In this document: piece after piece, positions 19,639-28,979 of the stretch
Layout of the letters: every line of letters starts with the position of its first letter
Position numbering within the stretch: the stretch's first letter is position 1
NCBI GenBank assembly: GCA_963727925.1
Contig: CAVSIS010000051.1
Coordinates: 8,039 to 72,038, forward strand
Source of the DNA: an uncultured Acidobacteriota bacterium
Lineage (GTDB): Bacteria; Acidobacteriota; Thermoanaerobaculia; Thermoanaerobaculales; Sulfomarinibacteraceae
DNA: 64,000 nt
Reading direction: 5' to 3'
Notes under the pieces: generated by a model
Told to the model about the DNA's origin: nothing
The model's database searches: none
What the model saw: the letters and a program-made list of their open reading frames with translations, nothing else
Program-made: the position numbers and the translations under genes

Positions 19639-19932
19639 TCAGCCACCGGTCGGCGGAGCCTGCGCCGAGCTGGGGATGTCCTCGTGACCACTCTGGGCGG
19701 GCCGGGGCGGGCCGACCCCGTCCAGCCACCGGGCGACCTTGGAGTCCGCGCCGACCACGTCGGGGAGCTCGGCGATCCGGTCGATCACCGCGTCAATCGC
19801 CGCGATGTCCGGGCTGTCGAGCAGGGCATCGGCGTGGATCCGAGGCAGACCGAGCTGGGCCCGGCCGCACGCCGCTGCGCCCACCGCGATCACCGCGAGG
19901 CGAACGACGCAGCAGGGCTTCCATACCGTCAC
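19639..19932 (-). CDS. Hypothetical small lipoprotein (tentative)
   Basis: GTG 19932 is preceded by GGGGAGGAG. The N-terminus VTVWKPCCVVRLAVIAVGAAAC resembles a lipoprotein signal. The stop lies 5 nt before the trmO start. No family recognised. Confidence 0.35.
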   Translation of the reverse strand: MTVWKPCCVVRLAVIAVGAAACGRAQLGLPRIHADALLDSPDIAAIDAVIDRIAELPDVVGADSKVARWLDGVGPPRPAQSGHEDIPSSAQAPPTGG

Positions 19933-19960
19933 GGTGCTCCTCCCCGAAAAGGTTCCCACA

Positions 19961-20389
19961 TCACGGGCGGGCCATCCCGAGCCAGCACGCAAGGAGCGCG
20001 ATCACCACGCACAGCGGTGAGAAGATCAGCGTGTCGCGGCGCGCAAACGGCGTGTCGCGCACCTTCTTGAAGAACCCAACGAAGCGATTATCGCCGATCG
20101 CCCTGGCGGCGAAGACCGCCGCGACCGCCCAGACCCCGCCGCGTTGCAGCCATCGCGGGCCGGCGGTGTAGGGGCAAGCGCGCCACAGGACCAGCGCCAT
20201 CGCGACGAGGAGTGCGACCGCGACCCCGGCCGATGCGAGCCGTCCGGGCGAGAGGACGCGCTCACCGGCGTCGTTGGTGGGCAGTGCCGCCTCGATGCCT
20301 TGGGTCCCGCCGAACGCCCAGTACCAGTGGAGGAGGGAAAGGACCAGCAAGGCAAAGCCGAGCAGGAGCGTGGGGACTATGGATGTCAT
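19961..20389 (-). CDS. DUF3995-like integral membrane protein
   Basis: Four hydrophobic segments. HWYWAFGG near the N-terminus and a GDNRFVGFFKK loop are as I recall for DUF3995. The start is ambiguous (20389, 20407 or 20422). Confidence 0.55.
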   Translation of the reverse strand: MTSIVPTLLLGFALLVLSLLHWYWAFGGTQGIEAALPTNDAGERVLSPGRLASAGVAVALLVAMALVLWRACPYTAGPRWLQRGGVWAVAAVFAARAIGDNRFVGFFKKVRDTPFARRDTLIFSPLCVVIALLACWLGMARP

Positions 20390-20480
20390 TCGCTGGATCT
20401 GCCCCATTTGTGGTGGGGCCAAAATCGCACGCTGTGCCTGGTGTCGGGACCGGCCGTCACCGGAACAGGTCCGTCACCGC

Positions 20481-21014
20481 TCAAAACTGCATCCCCAGCT
20501 CGGCAGCATGGCGCAGCGCAGGAGTGTCGCTGAGGACATCGCCCCTCTCGTACCCCGTTCCGACGACGTGCCCGACGAGATCCAGCTCGAGGGTGACCGC
20601 GGTGCGGCGGAACATCTCGAGCACGAGGTCGCTGTCGCGCGGTCCTTCCCCGGCCGCTGCCGCGAGCAGGGCTCGTTTGCCCCGGAGGCGACCGTTCGCG
20701 TAGTACGGCCGAAGGCGGTCGACGAAGAGCTTCATCGTACCGGTGGGTCCGTACCAGTAGACCGGCGTTCCGAACACGACCACGTCCGCAACGTCGAGAC
20801 GTTGATACAGCGGCTGCATCCCGTCCTGGACCACGCATTCGCGGCGGCCGAGCTTGCACCCCCGGCAGTCGATGCAGGGGCCGATCTCCTGCTCGGCGAG
20901 GTAGATCTTTTGGGAAGCGTGTCCGCACCCTCGTGCAGCGTTCAGCACGGCCTCCACGAGGATGTCCGTATTGCCGCCCCGTCGAGGGCTGCCGACCAGA
21001 CCGAGGATGTCCAT
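20481..21014 (-). CDS. Flavodoxin-like NADPH-dependent FMN reductase / iron-sulfur flavoprotein family
   Basis: MDILGLVGSPRRGGNT, a Cys cluster CIDCRGCKLGRRECV, and VVFGTPVYWYGPTG. Confidence 0.75.
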   Translation of the reverse strand: MDILGLVGSPRRGGNTDILVEAVLNAARGCGHASQKIYLAEQEIGPCIDCRGCKLGRRECVVQDGMQPLYQRLDVADVVVFGTPVYWYGPTGTMKLFVDRLRPYYANGRLRGKRALLAAAAGEGPRDSDLVLEMFRRTAVTLELDLVGHVVGTGYERGDVLSDTPALRHAAELGMQF

Positions 21015-21586
21015 GATCGCCGTTGTGTCGCCCACAGCAAGTCTGCCTCGATCATACGCCACCCTGAGCTCCGGTCCCTCGACCGAACGGCCCAGGGGGC
21101 CGAGGTTGTGCGGGAAGCCGTCCAGGGACCCTCCTCGCTCTTCACCCGCCCGGCTCGTGCCACTTCACGTACCCGCACCAGGTCGAGAAGAGGCCGATCA
21201 GGAGGAGCAAGAGCAGCGGATAGCGGAGACCCGGCAGCACGAGCACCGAGTGGGTCGGGACTCACACGCAGATCACCCCGATCGTGAACTTCACCGCGTG
21301 CTGTTGCGCATTGACCGTTCACCTCCGCCCTGAGCCTGTCGACAGGATGGGCCCGTCACATTGGGCGCGCAAAGCGAGCCGCACTTCTCACCAGCTCCGT
21401 CCTCCGGGCGCCAATCTGCCAGCCATCGCCGGCCCTTTCGCGACTCGGGGCCTGCGACGTATGTAACGCTGCTGTAAATGCAAGGCCGCCCGATGGAGGA
21501 TTCTGTCCGGTGCTCCTGATCAACGGGCTCTCAAGCTTGCCGCGGCATCAGGGGACCGCTAGCATGGGCGCCCGCGGGAGGTCCGC

Positions 21587-23218
21587 ATGAAGCTGGTGGA
21601 ATGCGTACCGAACATCTCAGAGGGGCAGCGGGAGAGCGTCTACCGGGCGGTGGCCGGCGCGGCGGCGGCGGTCCCCGGCGTGCGACTGCTCGACCTCGAC
21701 CCTGGCCGCGAGACGAATCGTACCGTCATCACGCTGGTCGGCGAGCCAGAGGCGGTCCTCGAGGGCACGTTCCAGCTCGTCAAGGCCTCCTATGAGCTGA
21801 TCGACATGAGCACGCACCACGGCGCGCATCCGCGCCAGGGGGCCACCGACGTCGTGCCCTTCGTGCCGGTCGCCGGCATGACGATGGACGAATGCGTCGA
21901 GCTCGCGCGCCGGCTCGGGAAGCGGATCGGCGAGGAGTTGAAGGTCCCGGTCTATCTCTACGAGTTTGCTGCGACCCGTCCCGAGCGGCGTTCGTTGGCG
22001 GCGATCCGCAAGGGCGAGTACGAGGCCCTTTCCGACAAGCTCAAGGACCCCGGCTTCGCGCCGGACTTCGGCCCTGCTGAGTTCGTCCCGCGCTTCGGAG
22101 CGGTCGTCGTTGGCGCGCGCAAGTTCCTGGTCGCCTATAACGTGAACCTCAACACCACCGACAAGCGGTGGGCGAACCGCGTCGCCTTCGACGTCCGCGA
22201 GAAGGGCCGCACGGTCACCGACGAGGATGGCCGCAAGGTCGAGCAGCCCGGGATGCTCAAGGCGGTCCGGGCGGTCGGCTGGTCGATCCCGGAGTACGGC
22301 TGTGCGCAGGTCTCGATCAATCTCGTGGACCTCGACGTGACGCCGGTCCATGCCGCTTTCGACGCCTGCGACCAGAGTGCCCGCAGCCGCGGCCTGCGGG
22401 TCACAGGTTCGGAGCTGGTCGGGCTGATCCCGCGGACGCCGGTACTCGATGCCGGACGACACTACTTGCGGAAGATGGAGCGCTCGACCGGCGTGCCCGA
22501 GGCGGACCTTGTGCACACAGCGGTGCGCTCCCTCGGGCTCAACGAGGTCGCACCGTTTGTGGCCAAGGACAAGGTCATCGAGGACATCCTCGCGGCCGAG
22601 CGCCCACTAGCGTCGATGACCTTGCAGGGGTTCGCCGACGAGACGTCACGCGACTCCGCGGCTCCGGGGGGCGGCTCGGTGGCGGCGCTCGCCGGCGCCC
22701 TCGGTGCGGCGCTCGCGGCGATGGTGGCAAACCTTGCGCACCCCAAGTCCGGCCACGCCGACAACCGAGACGAGCTCGAGACGGTCGCGGTCGAGGGGCA
22801 ACGAATCAAGCAGCGCCTGCTCGACGCGATCGACGACGACACCTGGGCGTTCGAAAAGCTGATGGAGGCGGGCAGGGCGCCCGAGCAAAAGCGCGCGGCG
22901 CGGCAGCGCGAGGCGACCTTCGGCGCAGCGAGGGTCCCGCTCAGCGTCGCAGAGGCGTGCCCTCGGATCGTCGAGCTGTGCGCCGCGGCCGCGCGGCTCG
23001 GCATGAAGGCGTCGCTCTCGGACGCCGGAGTTGGGGCGGCGATGGCACGTGCAGCGGCGGTCGGCGCGGCCTTCAACGTTCGCATCAACCTCAAGGACAT
23101 GGCGGACGATCCGGAGGCAGCGGCGATGATCGATCGCGCGGACCGGGCGGTCGCCGAGACCCAGCGCGCGGCTGGGGAGCTCGAGGCCGAGGTGTGGACG
23201 AGTCTTGGGCGCGAGTGA
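21587..23218 (+). CDS. ftcD: Glutamate formimidoyltransferase fused to formiminotetrahydrofolate cyclodeaminase
   Basis: N-terminus MKLVECVPNISEGQ. 543 aa with an alanine-rich helical C-terminal cyclodeaminase-like half. GGGAGG RBS. Confidence 0.9.
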   Translation: MKLVECVPNISEGQRESVYRAVAGAAAAVPGVRLLDLDPGRETNRTVITLVGEPEAVLEGTFQLVKASYELIDMSTHHGAHPRQGATDVVPFVPVAGMTMDECVELARRLGKRIGEELKVPVYLYEFAATRPERRSLAAIRKGEYEALSDKLKDPGFAPDFGPAEFVPRFGAVVVGARKFLVAYNVNLNTTDKRWANRVAFDVREKGRTVTDEDGRKVEQPGMLKAVRAVGWSIPEYGCAQVSINLVDLDVTPVHAAFDACDQSARSRGLRVTGSELVGLIPRTPVLDAGRHYLRKMERSTGVPEADLVHTAVRSLGLNEVAPFVAKDKVIEDILAAERPLASMTLQGFADETSRDSAAPGGGSVAALAGALGAALAAMVANLAHPKSGHADNRDELETVAVEGQRIKQRLLDAIDDDTWAFEKLMEAGRAPEQKRAARQREATFGAARVPLSVAEACPRIVELCAAAARLGMKASLSDAGVGAAMARAAAVGAAFNVRINLKDMADDPEAAAMIDRADRAVAETQRAAGELEAEVWTSLGRE

Positions 23219-23284
23219 CGTCTTTCGCAACCGGAATCGGGGAATCGGACCGGGTCGCGGAGTGCTGATGGTTGGGGAGGGGCG

Positions 23285-24292
23285 ATGGCGAGCGGAGCCG
23301 AGCCATTTGTCGAGTTAGGGGAGACGAGTCTGGCGGACCGCGCCGGGATCGTTGTCACCCGGGTCCTGGTGCCGCTCTGGCTGCTCGCGGGCGCCCTCAC
23401 CAAGCTCGTCGACCTCAGCCCGACGAGTCTGCCGACCGTGCTGGTCAAGCTCATGGGCGCGTCCGGCGTCGACCTTGGATTCGTGCTGCGCTTGTCGATC
23501 GCCGTCGAGCTTGCCGCGGTTGCGGTCATCTGGCTGCTCCCGGCGCTGGCTCGTCCTGTGGCCACGGTCATGCTCGGCTTCTTCTTCGTGATCCTGCTCG
23601 GGGACCTCTTCCTCGGCGCCTCGAGCTGCGGCTGCTTCGGCAAGGTCACGGTACCCCCCGTTGTGACCCTGATCATCGACGGGGGCCTTTTGCTCGGAGT
23701 CGTCCTACTCGGGCGCCGCTCGCGGTCGCTGAGCTGCAAAGCGACCCAGCCGACGTGGCAGGTCGTGGCCGCGGCGATGGCGTGTCTGGTGGCGATGGCC
23801 GTGGCGTTCGGGCGCCCGATGCCCACCGCTGCGGCGCCCAGCTCCGATGGGGCCCAACCGACGGCCAGCGCATCTTCGACAGTGCCGCTCCCGGCTCAGA
23901 ACTACTACCTGCCGGACTACTCGACCTGGATCGGAAAGGCGTGGGCTGACCTCGACATCTCGCATTGGGTCGAGGGCGCGCCAGCGGATCTCCAGCAGGG
24001 TCAGCAGTTCATTGTCTTCTATCGCAAGGACTGCGAGCACTGCCACGAGCTGCTCGAGCTCTTCTTCTCGGGAACATTGAGCTCGCCGACAACGGTCGTC
24101 GCTGTTCCCGACAAGGCCGGGTTCCCGACGGCAGGACTGCAGCCAATGCCCTGCACCGAGTGTCGCGAGGCAGAGCTGCCGGCGGGGATCGACTGGCTGC
24201 TGCAGACGCCGGTCGTAGTTCGCCTCACTGACGGCGTGGTGGAGTGCGCCCACGAGGAGGATCCGACGGCGCCGCAGTGCGTCACGTGGTAG
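23285..24292 (+). CDS. Fusion of a MauE/DoxX-like 4-TM membrane domain with a C-terminal thioredoxin-like domain
   Basis: The N-terminal 170 aa are hydrophobic (LVPLWLLAGALTKL...). The C-terminal domain has FIVFYRKDCEHCHELL (CxxC) and further Cys pairs (PCTEC; VECAHEEDPTAPQC). GGGGAGGGG RBS. Confidence 0.6.
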   Translation: MASGAEPFVELGETSLADRAGIVVTRVLVPLWLLAGALTKLVDLSPTSLPTVLVKLMGASGVDLGFVLRLSIAVELAAVAVIWLLPALARPVATVMLGFFFVILLGDLFLGASSCGCFGKVTVPPVVTLIIDGGLLLGVVLLGRRSRSLSCKATQPTWQVVAAAMACLVAMAVAFGRPMPTAAAPSSDGAQPTASASSTVPLPAQNYYLPDYSTWIGKAWADLDISHWVEGAPADLQQGQQFIVFYRKDCEHCHELLELFFSGTLSSPTTVVAVPDKAGFPTAGLQPMPCTECREAELPAGIDWLLQTPVVVRLTDGVVECAHEEDPTAPQCVTW

Positions 24293-24387
24293 CGTGCACA
24301 GAGGTTGCCGAGCCGGTTCGCGGCCTATATGCTATAGTTCGGCCGCGATGCATGAAGGTATCTGAGACTTTGCGACGGCACACGAGC

Positions 24388-24415
24388 ATTAAGGATTAAG
24401 GATTAAGGATTGAGG
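24388..24415 (+). repeat. Tandem heptamer ATTAAGG x3 plus a degenerate fourth copy ATTGAGG, running into the RBS of the OmpA-like gene
   Basis: ATTAAGGATTAAGGATTAAGGATTGAGG, followed by AGGTGGAGA and ATG at 24425. Confidence 0.9.
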
Positions 24416-24424
24416 AGGTGGAGA

Positions 24425-25066
24425 ATGCGGAAGTTCCTTTCCCCGGCGTTGATCGTCCTGCTTGCGGCTGGCCTGACGGTGACCGGCTGCGCCACGAAGA
24501 CCTATGTCCAGGAGCAGGTCCAGGCCTCGCAGAAGATGACCGAGGCCAAGGTCGGTGAGATCCAGGGCCAGGTCGAGCAGAACCAGGGCGAGATCGGCAA
24601 GTTGCAGGCGAAGGACGCCGAGCTTCAGGGCCAGATCAACAAGCTCTCGGATACCGCCCGCGACGCCCTCAACCGCGCCGAGGAGGCCGGAAAGCTGGCC
24701 AAGGGCAAGTTCCTCTACGAGGTCACCCTGTCGGACAACGACGTGAAGTTCGGCTTCAACAAGTTCGAGCTCTCCGACTCGGCGAAGGCAGCACTTGACG
24801 CGTTCGCCTCCAAGGTCAAGACCGAGAACAAGAACGTCTTCATCGAGATTCAGGGTCACACCGACAACATCGGCAGCGAGAAGTACAACCTCGAGTTGGG
24901 CTACAAGCGCGCCGAGCAGGTGATGCGTTACCTCAGCATGCAGGGCGGTTTCGCGCTGCATCGCATGAACGTGATCTCCTACGGCGAGTACAAGCCGGTC
25001 GCCGACAACTCCACCAAGGACGGTCGGGCGCAGAACCGCCGCGTGACCCTCGTCGTGATGGAATAG
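24425..25066 (+). CDS. OmpA-family lipoprotein with N-terminal coiled coil
   Basis: Lipobox LTVTGC. Coiled-coil QEQVQASQKMTEAKVGEIQGQVEQNQGEIGKLQ. OmpA-like C-terminus: IEIQGHTDNIGSEKYNLELGYKRAEQV...NRRV. Confidence 0.85.
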   Translation: MRKFLSPALIVLLAAGLTVTGCATKTYVQEQVQASQKMTEAKVGEIQGQVEQNQGEIGKLQAKDAELQGQINKLSDTARDALNRAEEAGKLAKGKFLYEVTLSDNDVKFGFNKFELSDSAKAALDAFASKVKTENKNVFIEIQGHTDNIGSEKYNLELGYKRAEQVMRYLSMQGGFALHRMNVISYGEYKPVADNSTKDGRAQNRRVTLVVME

Positions 25067-25090
25067 CAGCAGCACCCAAACGCGAGTTCG

Positions 25091-25125
25091 GCGGCCCGGG
25101 CGAAAGCCCGGGCCGCTTTCTTGTT
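25091..25125 (+). terminator. Rho-independent terminator of the OmpA-like gene
   Basis: 11-bp stem GCGGCCCGGGC/GCCCGGGCCGC with a GAAA loop, followed by TTTCTTGTT. Confidence 0.8.
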
Positions 25126-25215
25126 GTGTGGTCAGACTCCCCTTCGCGTGGCCTGTCCAGTGCGCGAGGTACACCGGGCGCCCAGGCCGACCCATGGCGC
25201 GTGGTAGGGTTGGCG

Positions 25216-25761
25216 ATGGTACCGGGTCGCGAGGCCTTTCTTGGGGGGCAAGTGACTGCGCTACGTGACGACGCACGGCTTCCGGTCCTCGCGGTATTTG
25301 GACCAGGCGACGCATTCCCGGTGCTCGAGACGCTTGCAGAACGAGTCGGCCGTGCGGCTGGCGAGCACGGCTGGGTCGTGCTGACAGGGGGCGGGCCCGG
25401 TGTGATGTCCGCCGCGTGCCGCGGCGCGGTCGAGGCAGGCGGGCTCACGGTCGGTGTGCTGCCGGTCGCGACGCCGGGCGGAGGCTACCCGAACCGGTGG
25501 GTCCGGATTGCGGTGTTCACGGGCGCCGGCTCCGCACGCAACGCCTTCAACGTGCTCTCGGCCGACCTCTGCCTCGCCCTTGGGGGCGGCGCCGGGACGC
25601 TGTCGGAGATTGCCCTCGCTCTGAAAGAGGGTCGTGAGCTGTGGTGCTTCCGCTCGTGGGGCCTCGCCGCGCCGCCCGGTGCGGCGAGGATCACGTTGCG
25701 CAGGTTTGACGAGGCCGAGACCCTCGTTGCCGCGCTTCACGAGCGCCTTCGTTCACAGTGA
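25216..25761 (+). CDS. TIGR00725/LOG-family Rossmann-fold nucleotide-binding protein
   Basis: VLAVFGPGD, VLTGGGPGVMSAACRGA and LGGGAGTLSEIALA motifs. The start is uncertain: ATG 25216, or GTG 25252 preceded by GGGGGG. Confidence 0.7.
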   Translation: MVPGREAFLGGQVTALRDDARLPVLAVFGPGDAFPVLETLAERVGRAAGEHGWVVLTGGGPGVMSAACRGAVEAGGLTVGVLPVATPGGGYPNRWVRIAVFTGAGSARNAFNVLSADLCLALGGGAGTLSEIALALKEGRELWCFRSWGLAAPPGAARITLRRFDEAETLVAALHERLRSQ

Positions 25762-25939
25762 GAGCCGCCGCGGAGACTCGTGTCCTGTTTGGAAAATCCC
25801 GGTGCACTTCTCGCAGGCCATCGCGGCCCCTGGCGGCGTTGCTCCTCCTTGAAGCAGCAAAGCTACGCCTGCGTCGTCGCGCCTTGCCAGGAACCACGCC
25901 GGCTCCGCGACAAGCACATGGGGCTTCCCAAGCAGGACA

Positions 25940-27976
25940 CTAGCTCTCTTGTGGGCCGTTCCGCATCGACGCCCAGGCAAAGTAGATCAGGAGCAGCGCA
26001 AACATGCCGAAACCCAGTACTTCGGCCTTTGGGTTGTGCTCAACCCAATCTGCGAGACCCAAGGCGCTGTTGAGCCGCCATCCGGCTTCGATCTTCTTGT
26101 CGCCAATGAAGTTGATGGTGGCCGCCACGACACCCATGATCGCGCCGCCGGCGATGAATCCCGAGGCGATCAGGGTTCCGCGCTCGCGTCGTCCCGTGTT
26201 GACCTTGTCGTCCTTGCTTCGTGTGGACACGTACCATGCGACCAGGCCGCCAAAGAGGAGCGGCGTGTTGAGCTCGATGGGTAGGTACATGCCGAGCGCG
26301 AAGGCGAGGGCGGGCACCCTGACGATCTCGAGAACGAGCGCGAGAAAGATGCCTGCGATGTACAGCAGCCAGGGGGCCGGCTGGCCGGTCATCAGCGGCT
26401 CGATCACTGCCGCCATTGCCGATGCCTGAGGAGCAGCGAGGGCATGGGGGTGCAAAGCCGTCGCAGCGCCAAAACCGTCGGTTTGTCCGAGCATCATGAT
26501 CACGACGCCAACGGACGCTGCTGCAGCGAGGGTTCCGAGGAACTTCCACCGCTCCTGGGTGCGTGGCGTGGTGCCGAGCCAGTAGCCGATCTTGAGGTCG
26601 GTGATGAAGCCCCCGGCCATGGACAGGGCGGTGCAGACCACGCCGCCGATGATCAGCGCGGCGAGGATCCCGGTTCGCCCCGTGACGCCAGCCTTGAGCA
26701 GGACGACGGAAGAGATGATCAGGGTCATGAGGGTCATCCCCGACACCGGGTTGACTCCGACGATCGCGATCGCACGAGCAGCTACCGTCGTGAACAGGAA
26801 GGCGATCACGGTCACGACGACGAGTCCGACCACGGCGTGGAGGAGGCTGTCGACCACTCCGAATCGGAAGAACGCGAAGATCGCCAGGATCGTCGCCAGG
26901 ATGGCGGTCATGACCCACTTCATGGAGACATCGAGCTGGGTGCGTTCGATGTTTCCACCCGCCGCTTGGATCCCTCCCGTGAACTCGCGCAGGGCGAGCT
27001 TGAAGGCGCCGACGATGATCCGCCAGCTTTTGAGCACCCCGATGATGCCGGCGGCTGCGATCCCGCCGATGCCGACGTGGCGCACATAGTCCGCGAAGAT
27101 CTGCCGCGGGGGCATCTGAGCGATGGTCAGACCGCTGTGAGTTGCGAACGGTTCACCGACATGGCTGCCGATGAAGTAGACCAGCGGCACCAGCACCCAC
27201 CATGCGGTGAACGAACCGGCGCAGATGATGGCAGAGTAGCGCAAGCCGATGATGTAGCCGAGGCCGGTCACGGCGGCGCCGACGTTGATCCGGAACTCCC
27301 ACTTGATGGTGTCCGCCAGACGCTGTCCCCACCCGAAGACTGTGCTCGAGACGACCTCCTTCCAGACACCGATGCCAGAAACCAGGAAGTCATAGATTCC
27401 GCCTACGATAGCGCCGCCGAGCAGGACCTTGGCCTGGTTTCCGCCGGTCTCGCCAGCGACCAGGATCTCGGTGGTCGCGGTCGCCTCCGGGAACGGAAAC
27501 TCCCCGTGCATGTCCTTGACGAAGAAGCGGCGGAACGGGATCAGAAAGAGAATGCCCAGAAAGCCCCCGAAGAGCGACGACAGGAACATCTGCATGTAGG
27601 TCGCCTGGAGGCCGAGGATGTAGAGACCCGGCAGCGTGAAGATCGCGCCCGCGACGATCACCCCGGAGGCGGCGCCGATCGACTGGATGATGACGTTTTC
27701 GCTGAGAGCGTTCTTGCGCTTCAGTGCCGCCGAGGCGCCGACCGCGAGGATCGCGATCGGGATCGCGGCCTCGAACACCTGACCGATCTTGAGGCCGAGG
27801 TAGGCGGCGCCGGCCGAGAACAGGACGGCGTAGAACAGACCCCAGGCGATCGAGTAGGGCGTCGCCTCCGGGAGCGGTCGGTCGGCCGGGACGATCGGCC
27901 GATACTCCTCACCGGTCTCCAGCTTGCGGTAGGCGTTCTCCGGCAGGCTCAGCTTCGAATGGTCGCTGGTCTCCAC
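25940..27976 (-). CDS. OPT-family oligopeptide transporter
   Basis: 678 aa and polytopic. The N-terminus YRPIVPADRPLPEATPYSIAWGLFYAVLFSAGAAYLGLKIGQ is typical of OPT proteins. GTG start with a GGGAGGGG RBS. Confidence 0.85.
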   Translation of the reverse strand: METSDHSKLSLPENAYRKLETGEEYRPIVPADRPLPEATPYSIAWGLFYAVLFSAGAAYLGLKIGQVFEAAIPIAILAVGASAALKRKNALSENVIIQSIGAASGVIVAGAIFTLPGLYILGLQATYMQMFLSSLFGGFLGILFLIPFRRFFVKDMHGEFPFPEATATTEILVAGETGGNQAKVLLGGAIVGGIYDFLVSGIGVWKEVVSSTVFGWGQRLADTIKWEFRINVGAAVTGLGYIIGLRYSAIICAGSFTAWWVLVPLVYFIGSHVGEPFATHSGLTIAQMPPRQIFADYVRHVGIGGIAAAGIIGVLKSWRIIVGAFKLALREFTGGIQAAGGNIERTQLDVSMKWVMTAILATILAIFAFFRFGVVDSLLHAVVGLVVVTVIAFLFTTVAARAIAIVGVNPVSGMTLMTLIISSVVLLKAGVTGRTGILAALIIGGVVCTALSMAGGFITDLKIGYWLGTTPRTQERWKFLGTLAAAASVGVVIMMLGQTDGFGAATALHPHALAAPQASAMAAVIEPLMTGQPAPWLLYIAGIFLALVLEIVRVPALAFALGMYLPIELNTPLLFGGLVAWYVSTRSKDDKVNTGRRERGTLIASGFIAGGAIMGVVAATINFIGDKKIEAGWRLNSALGLADWVEHNPKAEVLGFGMFALLLIYFAWASMRNGPQES

Positions 27977-28212
27977 AAGGCCCCTCCCTGGATGCGGCGA
28001 GGATTGAAGGCGAAGGCCGAGCGATCACCTCGACCCGCCGCGGATGCGATGGGCCGTACTGTAGCGTGCATTGCCCGCCACGTCACGGGGCGCAGCCTGT
28101 CAGCGACCCGGCGCACCACGGCGGCCCAGGGGCGTGGCCGCGGAGGGAAAGAGGGAAGGTGGCGCGGTCGAAAGGCCGCCTCAGATGCCGGTCCTGCTCA
28201 GTCCGTAATTGT

Positions 28213-28911
28213 CTAGTCCAGGACGACGGACCCGTCGCCGACGCCTACCTCGACGCTGATGTCGTCCTTGCCGTCGCCGTGCCATGAGGCGGAGCCGCCG
28301 ATGAAGCCGCCGCGGTCGGTGGAGTGGCCGCGCACCGTGACCGTCGCGTCGCCCACGCCGGCCGAGACCTCGGCGGAGCCGTAGGCGCCGACGGGGGCAC
28401 GGACGTCGACGTCGCCGACCCCGACCTCGACCTTGACCCGGCCGCCAGCGGTCTCGACGGTGACGTCGCCGACGCCGGCGTCCAGGTTGACGCCTCCGGC
28501 GAGATCGAGGACGCGTACGTCGCCGACCCCGAAGTCGAGCTCGAAGGCGAGGCGTGCCGGCATGTGGATTGTCCACCGCTCTTCAAAGCGGCGGTCATGG
28601 GACGGCGAGTCGATTTCGAGCCGGAGCTCGCCTCGGCGGACCTCGGCGTTGAGGCTCGCCTCGCGGACCTCCTCCTCGCCCCTGCGCGAGGATGTGAAGA
28701 TCCCTCCGCGACGCGGTTTGAGCACGACCTCCCACGACACCGTATCGCCGTCCGTGCCGAGCACCTCGACGTCGCCCACGCCCGCGTCGAGGGCGACCAG
28801 CGTGAGGCTGGCGGCATCCGCTCTGCCGCTCAAAGTCCGTGTCTCGACGGCCTGGGCCGGCATCGAGGCGACTGCAATGACAGCGGCGGCAAGTGCGAGG
28901 GTCCTGCGCAT
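28213..28911 (-). CDS. Secreted DUF4097-family beta-repeat protein (putative adhesin-like fold)
   Basis: Signal peptide MRRTLALAAAVIAVASMPAQA. Repeated GVGDV(E/R/T/D)V units. GGAGG RBS. Confidence 0.7.
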   Translation of the reverse strand: MRRTLALAAAVIAVASMPAQAVETRTLSGRADAASLTLVALDAGVGDVEVLGTDGDTVSWEVVLKPRRGGIFTSSRRGEEEVREASLNAEVRRGELRLEIDSPSHDRRFEERWTIHMPARLAFELDFGVGDVRVLDLAGGVNLDAGVGDVTVETAGGRVKVEVGVGDVDVRAPVGAYGSAEVSAGVGDATVTVRGHSTDRGGFIGGSASWHGDGKDDISVEVGVGDGSVVLD

Positions 28912-28979
28912 GGGCGTCCTCCAGAAGCGACCCCCTGCGGGGTCGTCAGTAGGAAGAACGCATCGTTTGGCGAAAGGTT

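Noticed and set aside
21142-21246. 34-codon hydrophobic mini-ORF (VLVLPGLRYPLLLLLLIGLFSTWCGYVKWHEPGG) on the minus strand
   Set aside because: It has no RBS and only a GTG start. The Leu run is the complement of a GAG/CAG-rich stretch and could arise by chance, and it is below any length I can support.
21340-21586. Possible ZTP (pfl) or THF riboswitch ahead of the folate-dependent ftcD
   Set aside because: I could not find the conserved GACTGGCG / CCGCCTGGGC-type cores by eye. An Infernal scan is needed before making any claim.
26444-28216. 590-aa plus-strand ORF opposite the OPT transporter. The same applies to 31465..33468, 49540..51267, 53820..55592, 41630..43438, 37993..39327, 8128..9903, 21617..22516 and 22462..23826.
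   Set aside because: All lie antisense or out of frame to genes with strong family motifs. They have low-complexity Arg/Gly/Asp/Pro composition and lack RBS or motif support.
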